A stretch of 63,460 nt of DNA, filler included, from Octopus bimaculoides (Eukaryota), in NCBI RefSeq assembly GCF_001194135.2. It is 5 parts of 5 records of this genome, joined end to end, with 100 filler letters (N's around TTAATTAATTAA, not from the genome) between each part and the next. Parts side by side here need not be neighbours in the genome. Positions count along the whole stretch, not along the records: positions 1 to 21,145 come from NC_068984.1; 4 more parts are not named here. One strand, 5' to 3'. A program made the position numbers and the translations under genes. Shown here in pieces: positions 1-11,090 of this stretch (positions are counted from its first letter, which is position 1; each line of letters begins with the position of its first letter). Below the pieces are notes generated by a model. The model had not been told where the DNA came from. It searched no databases and worked only from the letters and a program-made list of their open reading frames with translations.

Positions 1-49
1 TTTGCGTTCATATCTGCAGGACTGTATTGGTTTGAGCTTCTTGCTACAA

Positions 50-165
50 GGTCAGTATTTTCTGGGAAGGAAAAGGATGAAAGGTAAAGTCGACCTCGGC
101 GGGATTTGACCTCTAAGCGTTTTGCCTTGCGTATCAAAGATTCTGTTAGTTCGCCAACTCAGTCA
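50..165 (-). mobile_element. SINE family A fragment (tRNA-derived, octopus-type)
   Basis: aaaggatgaaaggtaaagtcgacctcggcgg is the reverse complement of the family-A core seen in the intact copy at 12056-12285. Confidence 0.7.
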
Positions 166-966
166 GCCGGAATATATTAAGAAATATGTATATCATCATT
201 ACCATTATTTATATACGCATGCGTGCATGAGTGTGCGTATGTGTGTTTGTGTGCAGGCATGTATATATGTACATGCATATATGTGTGTGTGTGTGAATAT
301 ATATATGCTTGTGTGTATGTGTGTGTGCATGTATGTGTGGATGTCTGTGTAGCGTCATTTTTCAGTAATTATCGATCTTTGTCCCTCACGTCACTCAGTT
401 CACAGTTGGCAAAATCTATTCAGTATAAGAAATATTCAACTTTATGCATTGAAGGCGAAATATCTATTGATGGGTAAAAACATGGACTGCATTTATTTAG
501 AGTTTGTTAAAGCTTTGTATACAAATTTGACCAAGTACTTCCATATTACAAAATAATTGGATGTAGAATTTCAGAACGTTTGGATCTTTGACGAAAAAGA
601 TTTTACAAAGAAATCTGTATTGATCCGTAGGTTCCCATTAGGTGCAGTTTTCAAATCACTTCCTTCAATAATAATAATCAGTCAGGCCAGGAAATCGTAT
701 CTAGAATGTACCCTACCAACGACACTTTAACTCACTCACACTAGTAAGTTAAATCCTGGATACTTTCTTATATATTTAAGAAATAATGTCATCTGACAGA
801 AAACATTAGTTCTGAGTCTTAGAGATTGATTACAGTTTAAATCTTTGTATTCTGTGGATTTCTGAATTGATATCATTTAAAATTTTCACCAAGAGAATAA
901 CGTCTGTCCAACATTTGAATTACTGCAACTCTTGAAGATTCATTCTCATAAACAGATAAGGGGAAA

Positions 967-1034
<68 letters not shown>

Positions 1035-1060
1035 GGGGAAGGAAAGAGAGAGAGAAGGGG

Positions 1061-1093
<33 letters not shown>
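967..1093. repeat. (GATA)n/(GA)n microsatellite
   Basis: Direct reading; produces the spurious SLSL ORFs 873-1139 and 920-1168. Confidence 0.95.
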
Positions 1094-1095
<2 letters not shown>

Positions 1096-1449
1096 TATGT
1101 GTGTTTAAGATAGTCGTGGTCATCATCGTCATCAAGCATCGCAGTTTTTTACAGAGCGTTGATAACACTACAACGAAAGCCTTCTCGTTTATGGGAAAAT
1201 TCTCCCAACGGATGAAGCCATTGCGTTACTTCGTTTTCACTTTCTCATAATGTTTTCCGGCAAGGGTATTAGGGTCGTCTGCCATTACCTTCTTCAACCG
1301 GATAGCCGTTAGCCAAAAAGAGTTCGTTCGTTCTTCGTTCGTTCTTGTTTGTCTGCCCAAGTTACTCAAGTGGGGGAACTGGTTTAGTCACTGACCACCC
1401 GATCATAGGAACCACGCTGGGTTACAAATTACCATTAACAGGTCCCAGC

Positions 1450-1535
1450 ATAAGATCTCTGAACTGAATAGGGTTTGGGATAGAGAGGGATTGATAATCT
1501 ATATGTGGAAGATACTGGAGAGTGGTACCTAATTC
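1450..1535 (+). mobile_element. Possible CR1-type LINE 3' coding remnant
   Basis: Translates DREGLIIYMWKILESG, resembling the RERYxIIYxWKILEG motif near the CR1-clade ORF2 C-terminus; short and unsupported by flanks. Confidence 0.3.
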
Positions 1536-2967
1536 TTTATACACCATTGAGTAAATAAAACGTCAGTATATAGCATTTAAGATTTTGAGAGAAACTTGAT
1601 TGCTTATTCCTTTACCTGAAGTATTCAGGAATATTATAGTGGCTCCTGTTGAAATGTTAAACATAAGTTTCTCTCCAACGTTCTTGACTAACCTAACCAT
1701 CTTCTGCCGGCCATAATCAGAGTCAAACCAGTTACAATAGCAACAACTACAAACATAGGCACAACGATCAATTGTAAGAACTTCAATACATACAGATATG
1801 TATAAATTTTTAATTCACCTGAAGGAAAACGGATGTTTGAATGATATAATCGAATTATTCATCAATAAACAACGTGTAAGAAACAGTTGTAGTGAGTATT
1901 TAACCTGATTGTGTTCTTCTTATATATATATATATCTGTTAAATTTGTTTCCGGGAAACATTTAGAATATGCAGATAAAGTTCCTATTCCATTATATCGG
2001 CCACCGTCTAATGATGCTGACTAGTAACTCAGTTTTTCGGTGTTGCATCAAATTGTACCGATATAATGTAGGATAAATATGAGAATAATAGTAACAATAA
2101 TCCTAATATAGAATTTATAAACATTTAATGCATCGCTACGCGCGTTCCCACAGGTCACATGTCTCTTAAGATCACAGTCTGTATTTCTAAAGAAATAAAT
2201 CAATGATGATGACCAACCGGATACCCACGAAAACTACAGACTACACTGTAATCATCCCAGGAATATGGACTATGATCTTAAGAGTCATGTAATTTGTGGA
2301 AACGCGCTGTTAGCTCATCTAGTTTTCAGAATTTTATCTTCGTGAAAGAATATGAATTTACGTAAATGTTATTCATTAATTAGATCTTGGGAGGCTGGAG
2401 AAGCCGGTGGTATGAGTAGAGCACCAGTCTATATGCTTTACAATATTTACACTCTTTTCTCAGCTCACATGTATTCAAATCTTCTCGTCAATAATTACCA
2501 ACGTACTTAAATAAACATATATTAAGAGACATTTTTTGTTTTTATATTACATTGCTTAAATATATTATTTAATAGCTAAATAAATATACGTTAAGTAATC
2601 ATATTTCTATTACATTGTTAATACATATCTATCTGTCTATATATCTATCTATCTATATTTATAATTAATGAACATGTCTTAGCAAGAGACATAAATATTT
2701 TTATATTACGTTGTATGAGTAAACAACGTATTGTATATCTTGATAAATATGACTTAAGAAACATCGCACTTTTGCATCACATTGTGAACATGTGTGCACG
2801 TCTCCATATATGTAAGTGTGTGTGTGGGTGTGATTTAATACTTATTCAATAAATCTTAGCAAAGACGTACTTTTCTTGTTTTACATCGTATATACATGTG
2901 TTATTTAATAACTTAATAAATTTACCCTAACCACTGGCATTAAATTGTTTGCATTTGTATCGTAGCT

Positions 2968-3300
2968 GTAGAGGCAGACGTGGACGTGTGGCAAGAAATT
3001 TGCTTCCCAACCAAATGGTTCTAGCTTCAGTATCCTGTATGCTATCTTGGGGAAGCGTCTTCTACTATAACCCTCGGTATACATAAATACGTACATACAT
3101 ACGTATATACCTATCTTTTACTTGTTTCAGTCATTGGATTGCAGCCATGGTGGGGCACCGGCTTGAAGTGCTTTTAGCTGAAGGAATCGACCCCAGTACA
3201 CTTTTTAAAGTCTGGTGCTTATACTATCGTTCTCTTTTGCTGAACCTCAAAGTCATGGGGGAGGTAAGCAAATCAGCACCGGTTTCAAGCGATTTTGAAG
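2968..3300. mobile_element. Degenerate SINE family B head (+, 2968-3077) and separate family-B tail (-, ~3110-3300)
   Basis: Similarity to head and tail of the near-consensus copy at 47339-47763. Confidence 0.7.
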
Positions 3301-3364
3301 TACAGACAGACAGACAGATTATTCATACACAAACGCATTTGCATACGTACATACATACATATCC

Positions 3365-3405
<41 letters not shown>

Positions 3406-3437
3406 GATAAAGATTATACATATATATATATGAATTT

Positions 3438-3776
3438 TATCTTTGTCGTTTCAGTCATTAGACTGTGGCCATGCTGGGGCACCGCTTTGAGTTTTAATCG
3501 AATGACTCGACCCTAGTAATTATTTTAAAATCTGATTCTTACTCTATCGGTTCTTTTGCCGAACTGCTAAGTTACGGGGATGCAAACACATCAACACCTA
3601 TTGTCAAGTGGTGGTGGGGATAAACACAGACAGAAGGACACACATACACACACACACACGCAACAGACTTTGGTCGACCTGAGGTTATAGTGGGAGACAT
3701 TTGCCCAAGGTGCCAAGCTGTGGAACTGAATCTGGAACCATGTGATTGGGAAGCAAGCTTCTTACCACACAGCCAC
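3438..3776 (-). mobile_element. SINE family B, near full length
   Basis: Reverse-complement head (gtggctgtgtggtaagaagcttgcttcccaatcacatggttccagattcagttc), internal (TG)n and tail ending cagtctaatgactgaaac. Confidence 0.85.
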
Positions 3777-4142
3777 GTCAACGCTTGGTATGTTGATACT
3801 GTCATATTTAAAGCGGGAAGCAATAAAAAAATAATTAGAAAGAAAGAAAGAATATCAGTAAATGCCTGTTACAGCTACACTTCATACTTCCATGCAACTA
3901 CGATAAAAACTCCAGACCGGTTTCGCTCTTATCTTGACCTCATCATAAAATAATTGCCATCACTTCACTTGAAAAATAGTGTTTAAAAATCAGATATCAA
4001 ATGTATCAAAATCACTGGAGTTTTCAGTAAATGATGACCAGCTTAGAAAATAGTAAATACGATTCCAAAATGTATGCGTGAAAATTAATCTAAGCCTTTA
4101 AATCTTCCATAATGTTTTGTTTCCCGCTCTTTATTTCTCACC

Positions 4143-4512
4143 TGGAGGAGCAATGGCCCAGTAGTTAGGGCAGCGGACTCGCAGTTTCGATTCCCAGACC
4201 GGGTGTTGTGAGTGTTTATTGAGCGAAATCACCTAAAATTCCACGAGGCTCCCGCAGGGTTTGGTGGTGAACCCTACTGTACTCTTTCACCACAGCATTC
4301 TCTCACTCTTTCTTTTTGCTTCTGTTGTACCTGTATTCCAAAGGGCCAGCCTTGTCACACTCAGTGTCACGCTGAATATCCTCGAGAACTACGTTAATGG
4401 TACACGTGTCTGTGGAGTGCTCAGCCACTTGCACGTTAATTTCACGAGCAAGCTGTTCCGTTGATCGGATCAACTGGAACCCTCGCCGTCGTAACCGATG
4501 GAGTGCCAACAA
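4143..4512 (+). mobile_element. SINE family C (tRNA-Arg-like head plus conserved gtacctgt...tcacgagca core)
   Basis: A-box tggcccagtagtt and B-box gtttcgattccc; colinear with copies at 49273-49511(-) and 32411-32680; lacks 14 nt (ggtcataggatcgc) relative to the 49273 copy. Confidence 0.85.
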
Positions 4513-4654
4513 AAATTTCTCACCTGCAGTTTTCTGAGTTGTTAATGTAAAAATAAGCAGTGCAGGTAGTCGTAATTGTAATCTCTTTCCTATTACCCGG
4601 TATTCATGACAATAAGTAAGAATAAGCACGAAATCACAATCGAATATAGCAAGA

Positions 4655-5234
4655 TTGGGATCTTTTTTAAAACGGGGGCCACATTTTTCATTAACGAAAC
4701 ACTTTGAAACTTGGAACACTGGTAGAATGTGTCATATAAAACATCTTTTTTCTCTTAGTCTTCTTAAAAAAAAAAAGAAATCCATAAGTTATTCCATGTG
4801 AAAGTTGTCGTATTTCTGTAATTTCAACCAATCACTGACGTCCATTCAGCCGATATACATTAAGTGCCGACTACATAAACAAACGATTCTGAAACAATTA
4901 ACCCTAACCCTAACCCTAACCCTAGGGTTAGAGTTAGGGTTAAAGCAAATTTAAAATGAAAAAAGCAAATAAAACGAAGGTATGGAGATTAAATACGCTT
5001 TACATCGCTTAATCAGCCAAAGGAGTAAATGTAAACAACTGATTACTTGTCAGTGATTGGTTGAAATTATCGAAATAAGACAATTTTTTACATGAAATAA
5101 ATTCGAATACAAAAATATTTTTCTGTTCTATAACAAAATAGATAAGTATACGAAGTTTGAAAGTCTTTCCGTACCAAAAACACTACGTAAAACATTAATG
5201 AAAAATGTGGCCCCCGTTTTAAAATAGATCCCAA
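4655..5234. mobile_element. Foldback/MITE-like element with inverted telomeric repeats at its centre
   Basis: 40-bp arms 4655-4694 / 5195-5234 (1 mismatch); perfect 21-bp inner arms 4819-4839 / 5049-5069; centre (TAACCC)4 4899-4922 abutting TAGGGTTAGAGTTAGGGTTA. Confidence 0.8.
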
Positions 5235-5654
5235 GATTGGCTTTCTTACCAAACTCTTCTGAGAACAGAATGCCGAAGACGGCGCATTAATATGCCAACA
5301 CATGCACTTTTAGATTCTGAATCAGGCTCCTGCCACCCATCACCGTGAATATGGCCCGTGGAGGCTTAACATCCTTCACTTGTCTCAGCTATGTTTCACT
5401 AACATTCATAATACATTGAGAAGACTTTATTAAGCGGCCCAATGTCTCAGTCATTGCTACACTAATCCTCATCACCGCCGTGCAGCAAGCAGCCGGTAGC
5501 CCATTAAGTACATGCTGAAGATCCCCTTCTGAAAGAGCCTAAAAACACCAATGTAGGGGAGACAATGATTAATATGCTTGGATACTTTACGGATATAATA
5601 CAGGCGTACTTAAATTTACATATACCAACGTAAATATACTAACAATACAGATAT

Positions 5655-7630
5655 AAGAGTTCGAATTCTAGCGAGGTCGACTTTGCCTTTCATCCAATTG
5701 GGAACGATAAAATAAGTACCATTTGAGTACTGGCTCGATCTAATCGACTTAACCCCTCCTTCAAAACTTTTGGCCTTGTGCCAAAACATGAAACCGAATT
5801 AGTTCTTAGAAAAAAAAAAACCTGTATCGGTAAATATACTTAAGTTAATCTGGACGCTGAATATTTTGAGTTCAAAATCTATCGAGGTCAATTCTACTTT
5901 TAATTCTCTCGTGCTCTGTAAAATAGCATCAATAACATTTAAATTTTATTGACCCTTTACATTCTAAGTCCAAATTTCATCGAATGATACCATTGTCTTT
6001 CATCCAATCATATTCAATAAAATCAATAAAATAGTAGCAGTCAAGAATTTGCGGTCACGATCCTCAGCTATACCCATTTGTACCGAATTCCTCTGCAAAA
6101 AATCCATTTAATTAATGCATTTAGCATTAAAAAGAATCCGACTAGAAATCATTATGCAATGAATAAAAAAATAAACATTAATATTGGTGAATAATTAATA
6201 CTGTTTGTTTTGCTCGGTGGATAAAGATATTTAGTTAAATTGATAAGTTCCATGCATGAAATATGTTAGCACTAATAATAGCTGTGTTATTTTTTTCATA
6301 TGGATACGTCTGAGTTATACAGTTTGTAGAATTAGTTTTTATATAATTTCATCATTTATTAATTCCTCATCTCATGATTTTATTACTTTCGCAAATACTC
6401 AGCATATTCTGATGCTGATAGGAACACACAAACAGACTACACAAGGACACATTCATGCAGAACACACACACACATATGGATATATATTTAGAAATTATTT
6501 CTCTAACGTTCAAGTTCTCAGTTGATATCTTCCAGAGAGAAGAAACGTAGTCACTTAAATCATTTTATCAACTATTATAACCATAATTAAAGCTAGCGAG
6601 CTGACAAAATTGTTTGCAAAATTGTTAGCGTTATTTCTTCTGTCTTTACGTTTTGAGTCCAAATTCCGCCGAGGTCGACTTTGCCTTTCATCCTTTCGGG
6701 GTCGTTAAACTAAGTACCAGTTGCGTACTGGATCGATCTAATCGACAGGCCCCTCTCCCTTAAAATTTCAGGCCTTGTGTCTGTAGTAGAAAGGAACAGA
6801 ATCGTTAGCATGTCACGAAAAATGCTTAACGACATTTCGTCTGTCTTTACGTTCTGTGTTCAAATTCTGCCGAAGCCGACTTTGCTTTCCGGATTGATTC
6901 CAGTCGAGCACTGGAATCGATGTAATCGATTTATCCCCTCCTCCAAAAGTTCAAGCCTTATTCCACAATTTGAAACCAATAATTAAAAGGCGGTGAGAGA
7001 ACGGAATCGTTAGACGACGGACGAAATGCTGTTAAGCATTTTCTCCGTCATTACGTAGTGAGATCAAATCCCGCTTAGGTCAACGTCGCCTTTAGGAGTT
7101 GATAAAATAAGCACTATTCGAGTATTGTGGTCGATACAATCGACTACGCCTCTCCCGTAAATGCAAAGCCTTGTGTTTATCGATGGAAGATTATTACTAT
7201 ATTAAATAGATGGCGAGTCATTTGACGCGTATGCCAGAATAAATGCTTAGCGGTATTCTGATTCTTCACGTTCTGTGTTCAAACCCCGCCGAGATTAACT
7301 TTGCCATTTAACCATTCTTGGACGAAAAAACAGGTATTGATACCATAATTCTCAGGAGAAGAGGTGGCAGAGTCGTTCGGGAGTCGGAAATTTGTTGCAT
7401 GTCTTCCGGTTTGTTACAATGTATGCACAACCCAACCGAAATCAATTGTACCTTTCATTCCTCCGGAGTCTCTAAAGTGCTGAAGTCGATGATATTAAGT
7501 AATATTTCTCCACAAAAAAATGTGGCTCTTGTGCTTTAATCAGGAACCATTATTACCATAATTGCCATTAGTATTGATAAACATTCGTGAAGGTGGCGAG
7601 CAGGTAGAATCGTTAAGACGCCAGTTGGTG
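5655..7630 (+). mobile_element. Cluster of at least 6 same-strand SINE family A copies of varying decay
   Basis: Core gagttcaaatt..cgaggtcgactttgcctttcatcc recurs at ~5680, ~5870, ~6655, ~6855, ~7060, ~7280; heads aaggcggtgag at 6987 and 7590. Confidence 0.85.
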
Positions 7631-8714
7631 TCGGTCGTCTTTTTCTACGGTTAGTGATTATTGCGAATTTTCGTTCAATTTACTGTTAATACCTTTTTTG
7701 TTGAACTGTTATTACATTGTTTGTTTGGAACAATTTCTTATCTTCTGAGGGTAGACTTGTGTTTTTTACCCCTTGTATGAGGGTGGGGTGGGGGTGACTT
7801 GTGCAAACAAATTTACTGTGAAACCAAAAAAAAAAAAAATGCATGGATAAAAATACGTAATGAATCCTGTAAAAATACGCAATAAAACCAATCTCTGCAC
7901 CAGTTTTGGTTCTGGTACCAGAAAAGCCACCTTGAGCATGGAATTGAGACATACCAACAGCGGAACAATTTGCAAAAGGAAATGTTAACTTCGCCCAAGC
8001 AAGTGGAATAAAAAGAAACGTAACATACAATACGGAACCGAAAATCTTATGAAATTTAAAGGAATGATTAAAAAGAGGGGAACGAACCTAAAGTTGCCCC
8101 TCCCAGAGAAATAACCCACGAGGCACAAAGAAGCACATTTATTTATAAAAGTTTCTCAATTAAAAAAAAAAAAGAGCTGGATATAGCATCCAAAGAAGGT
8201 GTAGCGCTCTGCCTGAAACCTAAGTGGTCGGACATCAAATATATAACAAGAGGACAACGTTTTGCGACGATCGAAGTGCGTTTTCAATCGGAAGAAAAGA
8301 CCAAGCAGGCGTCCACCATTCATGTTAACGGTTGATTTCAAGTTATATATATAAAACAATTTACCATTAAACTGAAAGATTATTCAATACATTTTAGTAG
8401 ATTACATGTATGTTAAGCTTTACAAGAAAGTTGGCAGTCTTCGAAGTCATTCCTACCTCACCTATACGCATGCACATACACTCACAAACATATATCACGC
8501 ACACATATTAGTCGGGTCAGTGTTGCCACTCTGTCGTAATAGCCATGCGAGCACACCATCGTCGGGTAATTTAGGAGAGACAAGACACCAAAGTAGCAAG
8601 AGAGACTGACTCGACCCTAATAAAATTATTTCTCTACTATGGAATTAAGTACTTTTTCTTCTGACGGTCAACACTAAACGTCGCCATGATTGACCGCTAG
8701 CTCCCAAAGTTTTT

Positions 8715-8871
8715 TTTTTCTATTCTCTGTCTCTTTATTTCCTAGTGTTCCTTTCTGTTGAAGAGCGTAGGCTCGAAACGTAAAAGACTTTCTCACCTTC
8801 CCGAGCGTCAAACCAATACACTTGTTTGTTGCTTATACACCTGTCTTCGTCTTTTTTTTTCAGTAAATTTC

Positions 8872-8880
<9 letters not shown>
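8715..8880 (+). mobile_element. Penelope-type terminal repeat (pLTR-like) fragment
   Basis: Same family as 59480-59745; carries a hammerhead-like motif and ends in (TA)n. Confidence 0.6.
8751..8786 (+). ncRNA. Minimal type-I hammerhead ribozyme-like motif (A6U core variant)
   Basis: Stem I CTTT/AAAG, core CTGTTGA+A, stem II GAGC-GTAG-GCTC, GAAAC, GTA cleavage triplet, self-complementary ACGT stem III. Confidence 0.55.
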
Positions 8881-8912
<32 letters not shown>

Positions 8913-9380
8913 AAAAAGAATTGTTAATTAATTGCTCTCACTGCTCTTCCACGGACCATCCAAATAACTTGGAACAATAAACAGTATCAAATCACTACAT
9001 ATTGAAATGTTTTTCCAACAAAGCAGAGTACCAATGTTTTTTTCTAAATGTGTTTTTCTTTTTTCGTGTCTGTTCATATTAGTCTTGTTCAAATATTACA
9101 CATGATTCTAATGCTACGCTATGAGTTTACATTTTTTTGGACTATAATTTCGATTCAGGCACTAAAAAGAAACATGGTTGGCATTTGTTAAACAATGTAG
9201 ACATTGTGGCTCCTTGTTTAATTACCTTCTTTTAATATTTTGTTGGTGACAAATATTGAATTTAAATAATCAATAATTGAAGACCTGAAGATTCTGTAAT
9301 GTTCCAGATACTATTGTATCTAATTTTCTATTTTATTTACATTTTATTTCATTGAGTGGGATTTGATACATTTTTGTGTG

Positions 9381-9517
9381 TTATGCTGTATGCATCGACT
9401 TGAAGTGACACAAATTATTGCAGGCACAATTTGAGTTGAACACAACACTTGTTTTCTTTACTTTATATGAAGTTGTCTCAAAATTTAATTCTTCTGCCTC
9501 ATGGCTCATTGGGTTCA
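9381..9517 (-). CDS. Candidate terminal coding exon (unidentified, Cys-containing)
   Basis: Acceptor ttccgttttctccag; phase-1 open frame NPMSHEAEELNFETTSYKVKKTSVVFNSNCACNNLCHFKSMHTA*; AATAAA at 9348-9343 and 9337-9332; no homology recognised. Confidence 0.3.
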
Positions 9518-10039
9518 CTGGAGAAAACGGAAAACAATTTCACCAAGTAACGAACTATAGAAAAGAAAAATTACAAATGCACACAAATAAAACAGACATA
9601 AATAAACAGCCAAACTTACACAGAAATACAAAATTTGGTGGTTACGAGGAAAAAAATAGTCCGTTTAAACAAGTGACGTTACAAATATGGTGTTTAATTT
9701 TATATCGATTTATTATTACGGTTTGTTTAGAATTCCATGTCTTTACGTGTGTATGGTGTATACGTGCGTATCGCGTGATTATGATGAATAATTAATTTCT
9801 GATTAATTCATTCAAATTTAAGTGAAAATTTGGATTAAGTAAACGATAAAAAAAATGAGTATATTTTTGTGCATACCATATCAAAGTAGTTATACTTCTT
9901 CCTTCTGACTCTTTAGGTAAAGAATCACAACGGCAAAATCAAACATCGAATTCTTTTATGTTGGTCGAAAAATATATGAAATACTGTTTTTTTCTTTTTT
10001 CTTTTTTTCCTCTTCTGTTTTTACATGTTTATATATATA

Positions 10040-10260
10040 TTTTACACGAGAGCTTCAAAGCTTCCAGTAAATTTAGATCTTCAAATTTCCGTTTCCGATC
10101 CTCTGTTCGAAATATTTCCCTTTCCAGGCGTCTTATAATTTCTTTGTTAAGGCATGTCTCTACTAGACATTATCTTTACTTTTCCAATGTAAATTTTGAA
10201 TTATTTTCTTCCAACAGATATCCTTAAAAGATTCATTGGATTCTTGTAATTTTCTTTCTA
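10040..10260 (-). mobile_element. Possible Penelope-like GIY-YIG C-terminal remnant
   Basis: Frameshifted translation NLHWKSKDNV/LVETCLNKEIIRRLEREIFRTED..DLNLLEAL resembles the W...IL.E....R..E..I....LN tail of PLE endonucleases. Confidence 0.3.
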
Positions 10261-10367
10261 AATTATGATAGTTTTTTTACATCTAGAGTGTAAATATTTA
10301 TATACATTTCTTATTAAGTGAAACACATTTTTAAATACAGTTCTATATTTAAGAGATGAGAAATTAT

Positions 10368-10645
10368 GTACATTATTTACATTATTTACATTTGACGGAT
10401 ATTTGTCATCATCGTGGCGTAGTGGTTAAGAGCGCGGGCTACTAACCCCAAAATTCCGAGTTCGATTACAAGCAGTGGCCTGAACAAAAATAATAATAAT
10501 AATAATAAAAATGCCTTAGGAATGAGGACCCAGGTTCGAAATTTTCCCAAGACGCCTAATCAAGGCTGGAGGGTATATCAGGCGAAACGTTGTGTTAACA
10601 ACAAAGAAGATGAGGACAAATAATCGTCACTTGTAAATAATGTAC
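10368..10645 (+). mobile_element. Inverted-repeat element with tRNA-like Pol III head, (AAT)n and decayed hammerhead motif
   Basis: 10368-10413 is the approximate reverse complement of 10609-10645; A-box TGGCGTAGTGG 10415-10425, B-box GAGTTCGATTAC 10458-10469; hammerhead-like 10551-10596. Confidence 0.75.
10551..10596 (+). ncRNA. Decayed type-I hammerhead ribozyme-like motif
   Basis: Stem I GACGC/GTGTT, core CTAATCA (2 changes from CTGATGA), stem II GGCTG/CAGGC (1 mismatch), GAAAC, GTT, palindromic AACGTT stem III. Confidence 0.55.
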
Positions 10646-10766
10646 ATTTTTAAATGTTTCAATATTGAATATGTTAAAATATTCAATATGGCAAAGTATT
10701 CAGTATTTTATCTTTAACAGTGAGTGGTATTCGTTGTGAGTTCCGGGTTCAAATGACTTCGGGTTT

Positions 10767-10832
10767 GGCACATTGTATGAAACATTGTATGGCACATTGT
10801 ATGAAACATTGTATGGCACATTGTATGAAACA
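10767..10832. repeat. Minisatellite, 24-bp unit (ggcacattgtatgaaacattgtat) about 2.7 copies
   Basis: Direct reading; unit is itself two related 12-mers. Confidence 0.9.
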
Positions 10833-10909
10833 GATCTTACTGACATGGGTTTGCCACATGGATATAGTTATTTCAGGAATACCTAATTGTCACATCGTCA
10901 CAGTGACTA

Positions 10910-11090
10910 TGGTTAGTTAATTCCTCTAATTAACTTATTCCAACTGGATAAAACATTCCGCATATCAATAGATTTACTTATTCGCTGTTTAAATATAAGA
11001 ATGGCAACACGTAGTAAGTTGTGAATGGCAGATTTGATGTCTAGCTGATGAAGCATAACAACACCGAAACATGTTTCGTATAGTCTGGTG
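10910..11090 (+). mobile_element. Probable Penelope-like 3' end with hammerhead core
   Basis: Decayed VNSSN*LI....PHINRF resembles the PLE terminal LNxRxELISxCxHxNKF motif; intact CTGATGA 11045-11051, GAAAC 11066-11070 and palindrome AAACATGTTT. Confidence 0.45.

Noticed and set aside
4899-4942. Ancestral chromosome-fusion site
   Set aside because: Only about 7 repeats and centred in a foldback element; kept only as a mobile-element finding
7955-8030. Signal-peptide-like frame (YVTFLFIPLAWA...) ending at a minus-strand GTATGT donor
   Set aside because: ORF starts at TTG with no in-frame ATG upstream; at most a 5' UTR exon
9418-9795. 125-aa plus-strand ORF
   Set aside because: TTG start, no recognisable motif, AT-rich; overlaps a better-flanked minus-strand candidate
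10414-10485. Functional tRNA gene (also SINE heads at 4143, 45800, 49440-49511)
   Set aside because: A/B boxes present but no proper acceptor stem or cloverleaf; each continues into a SINE body
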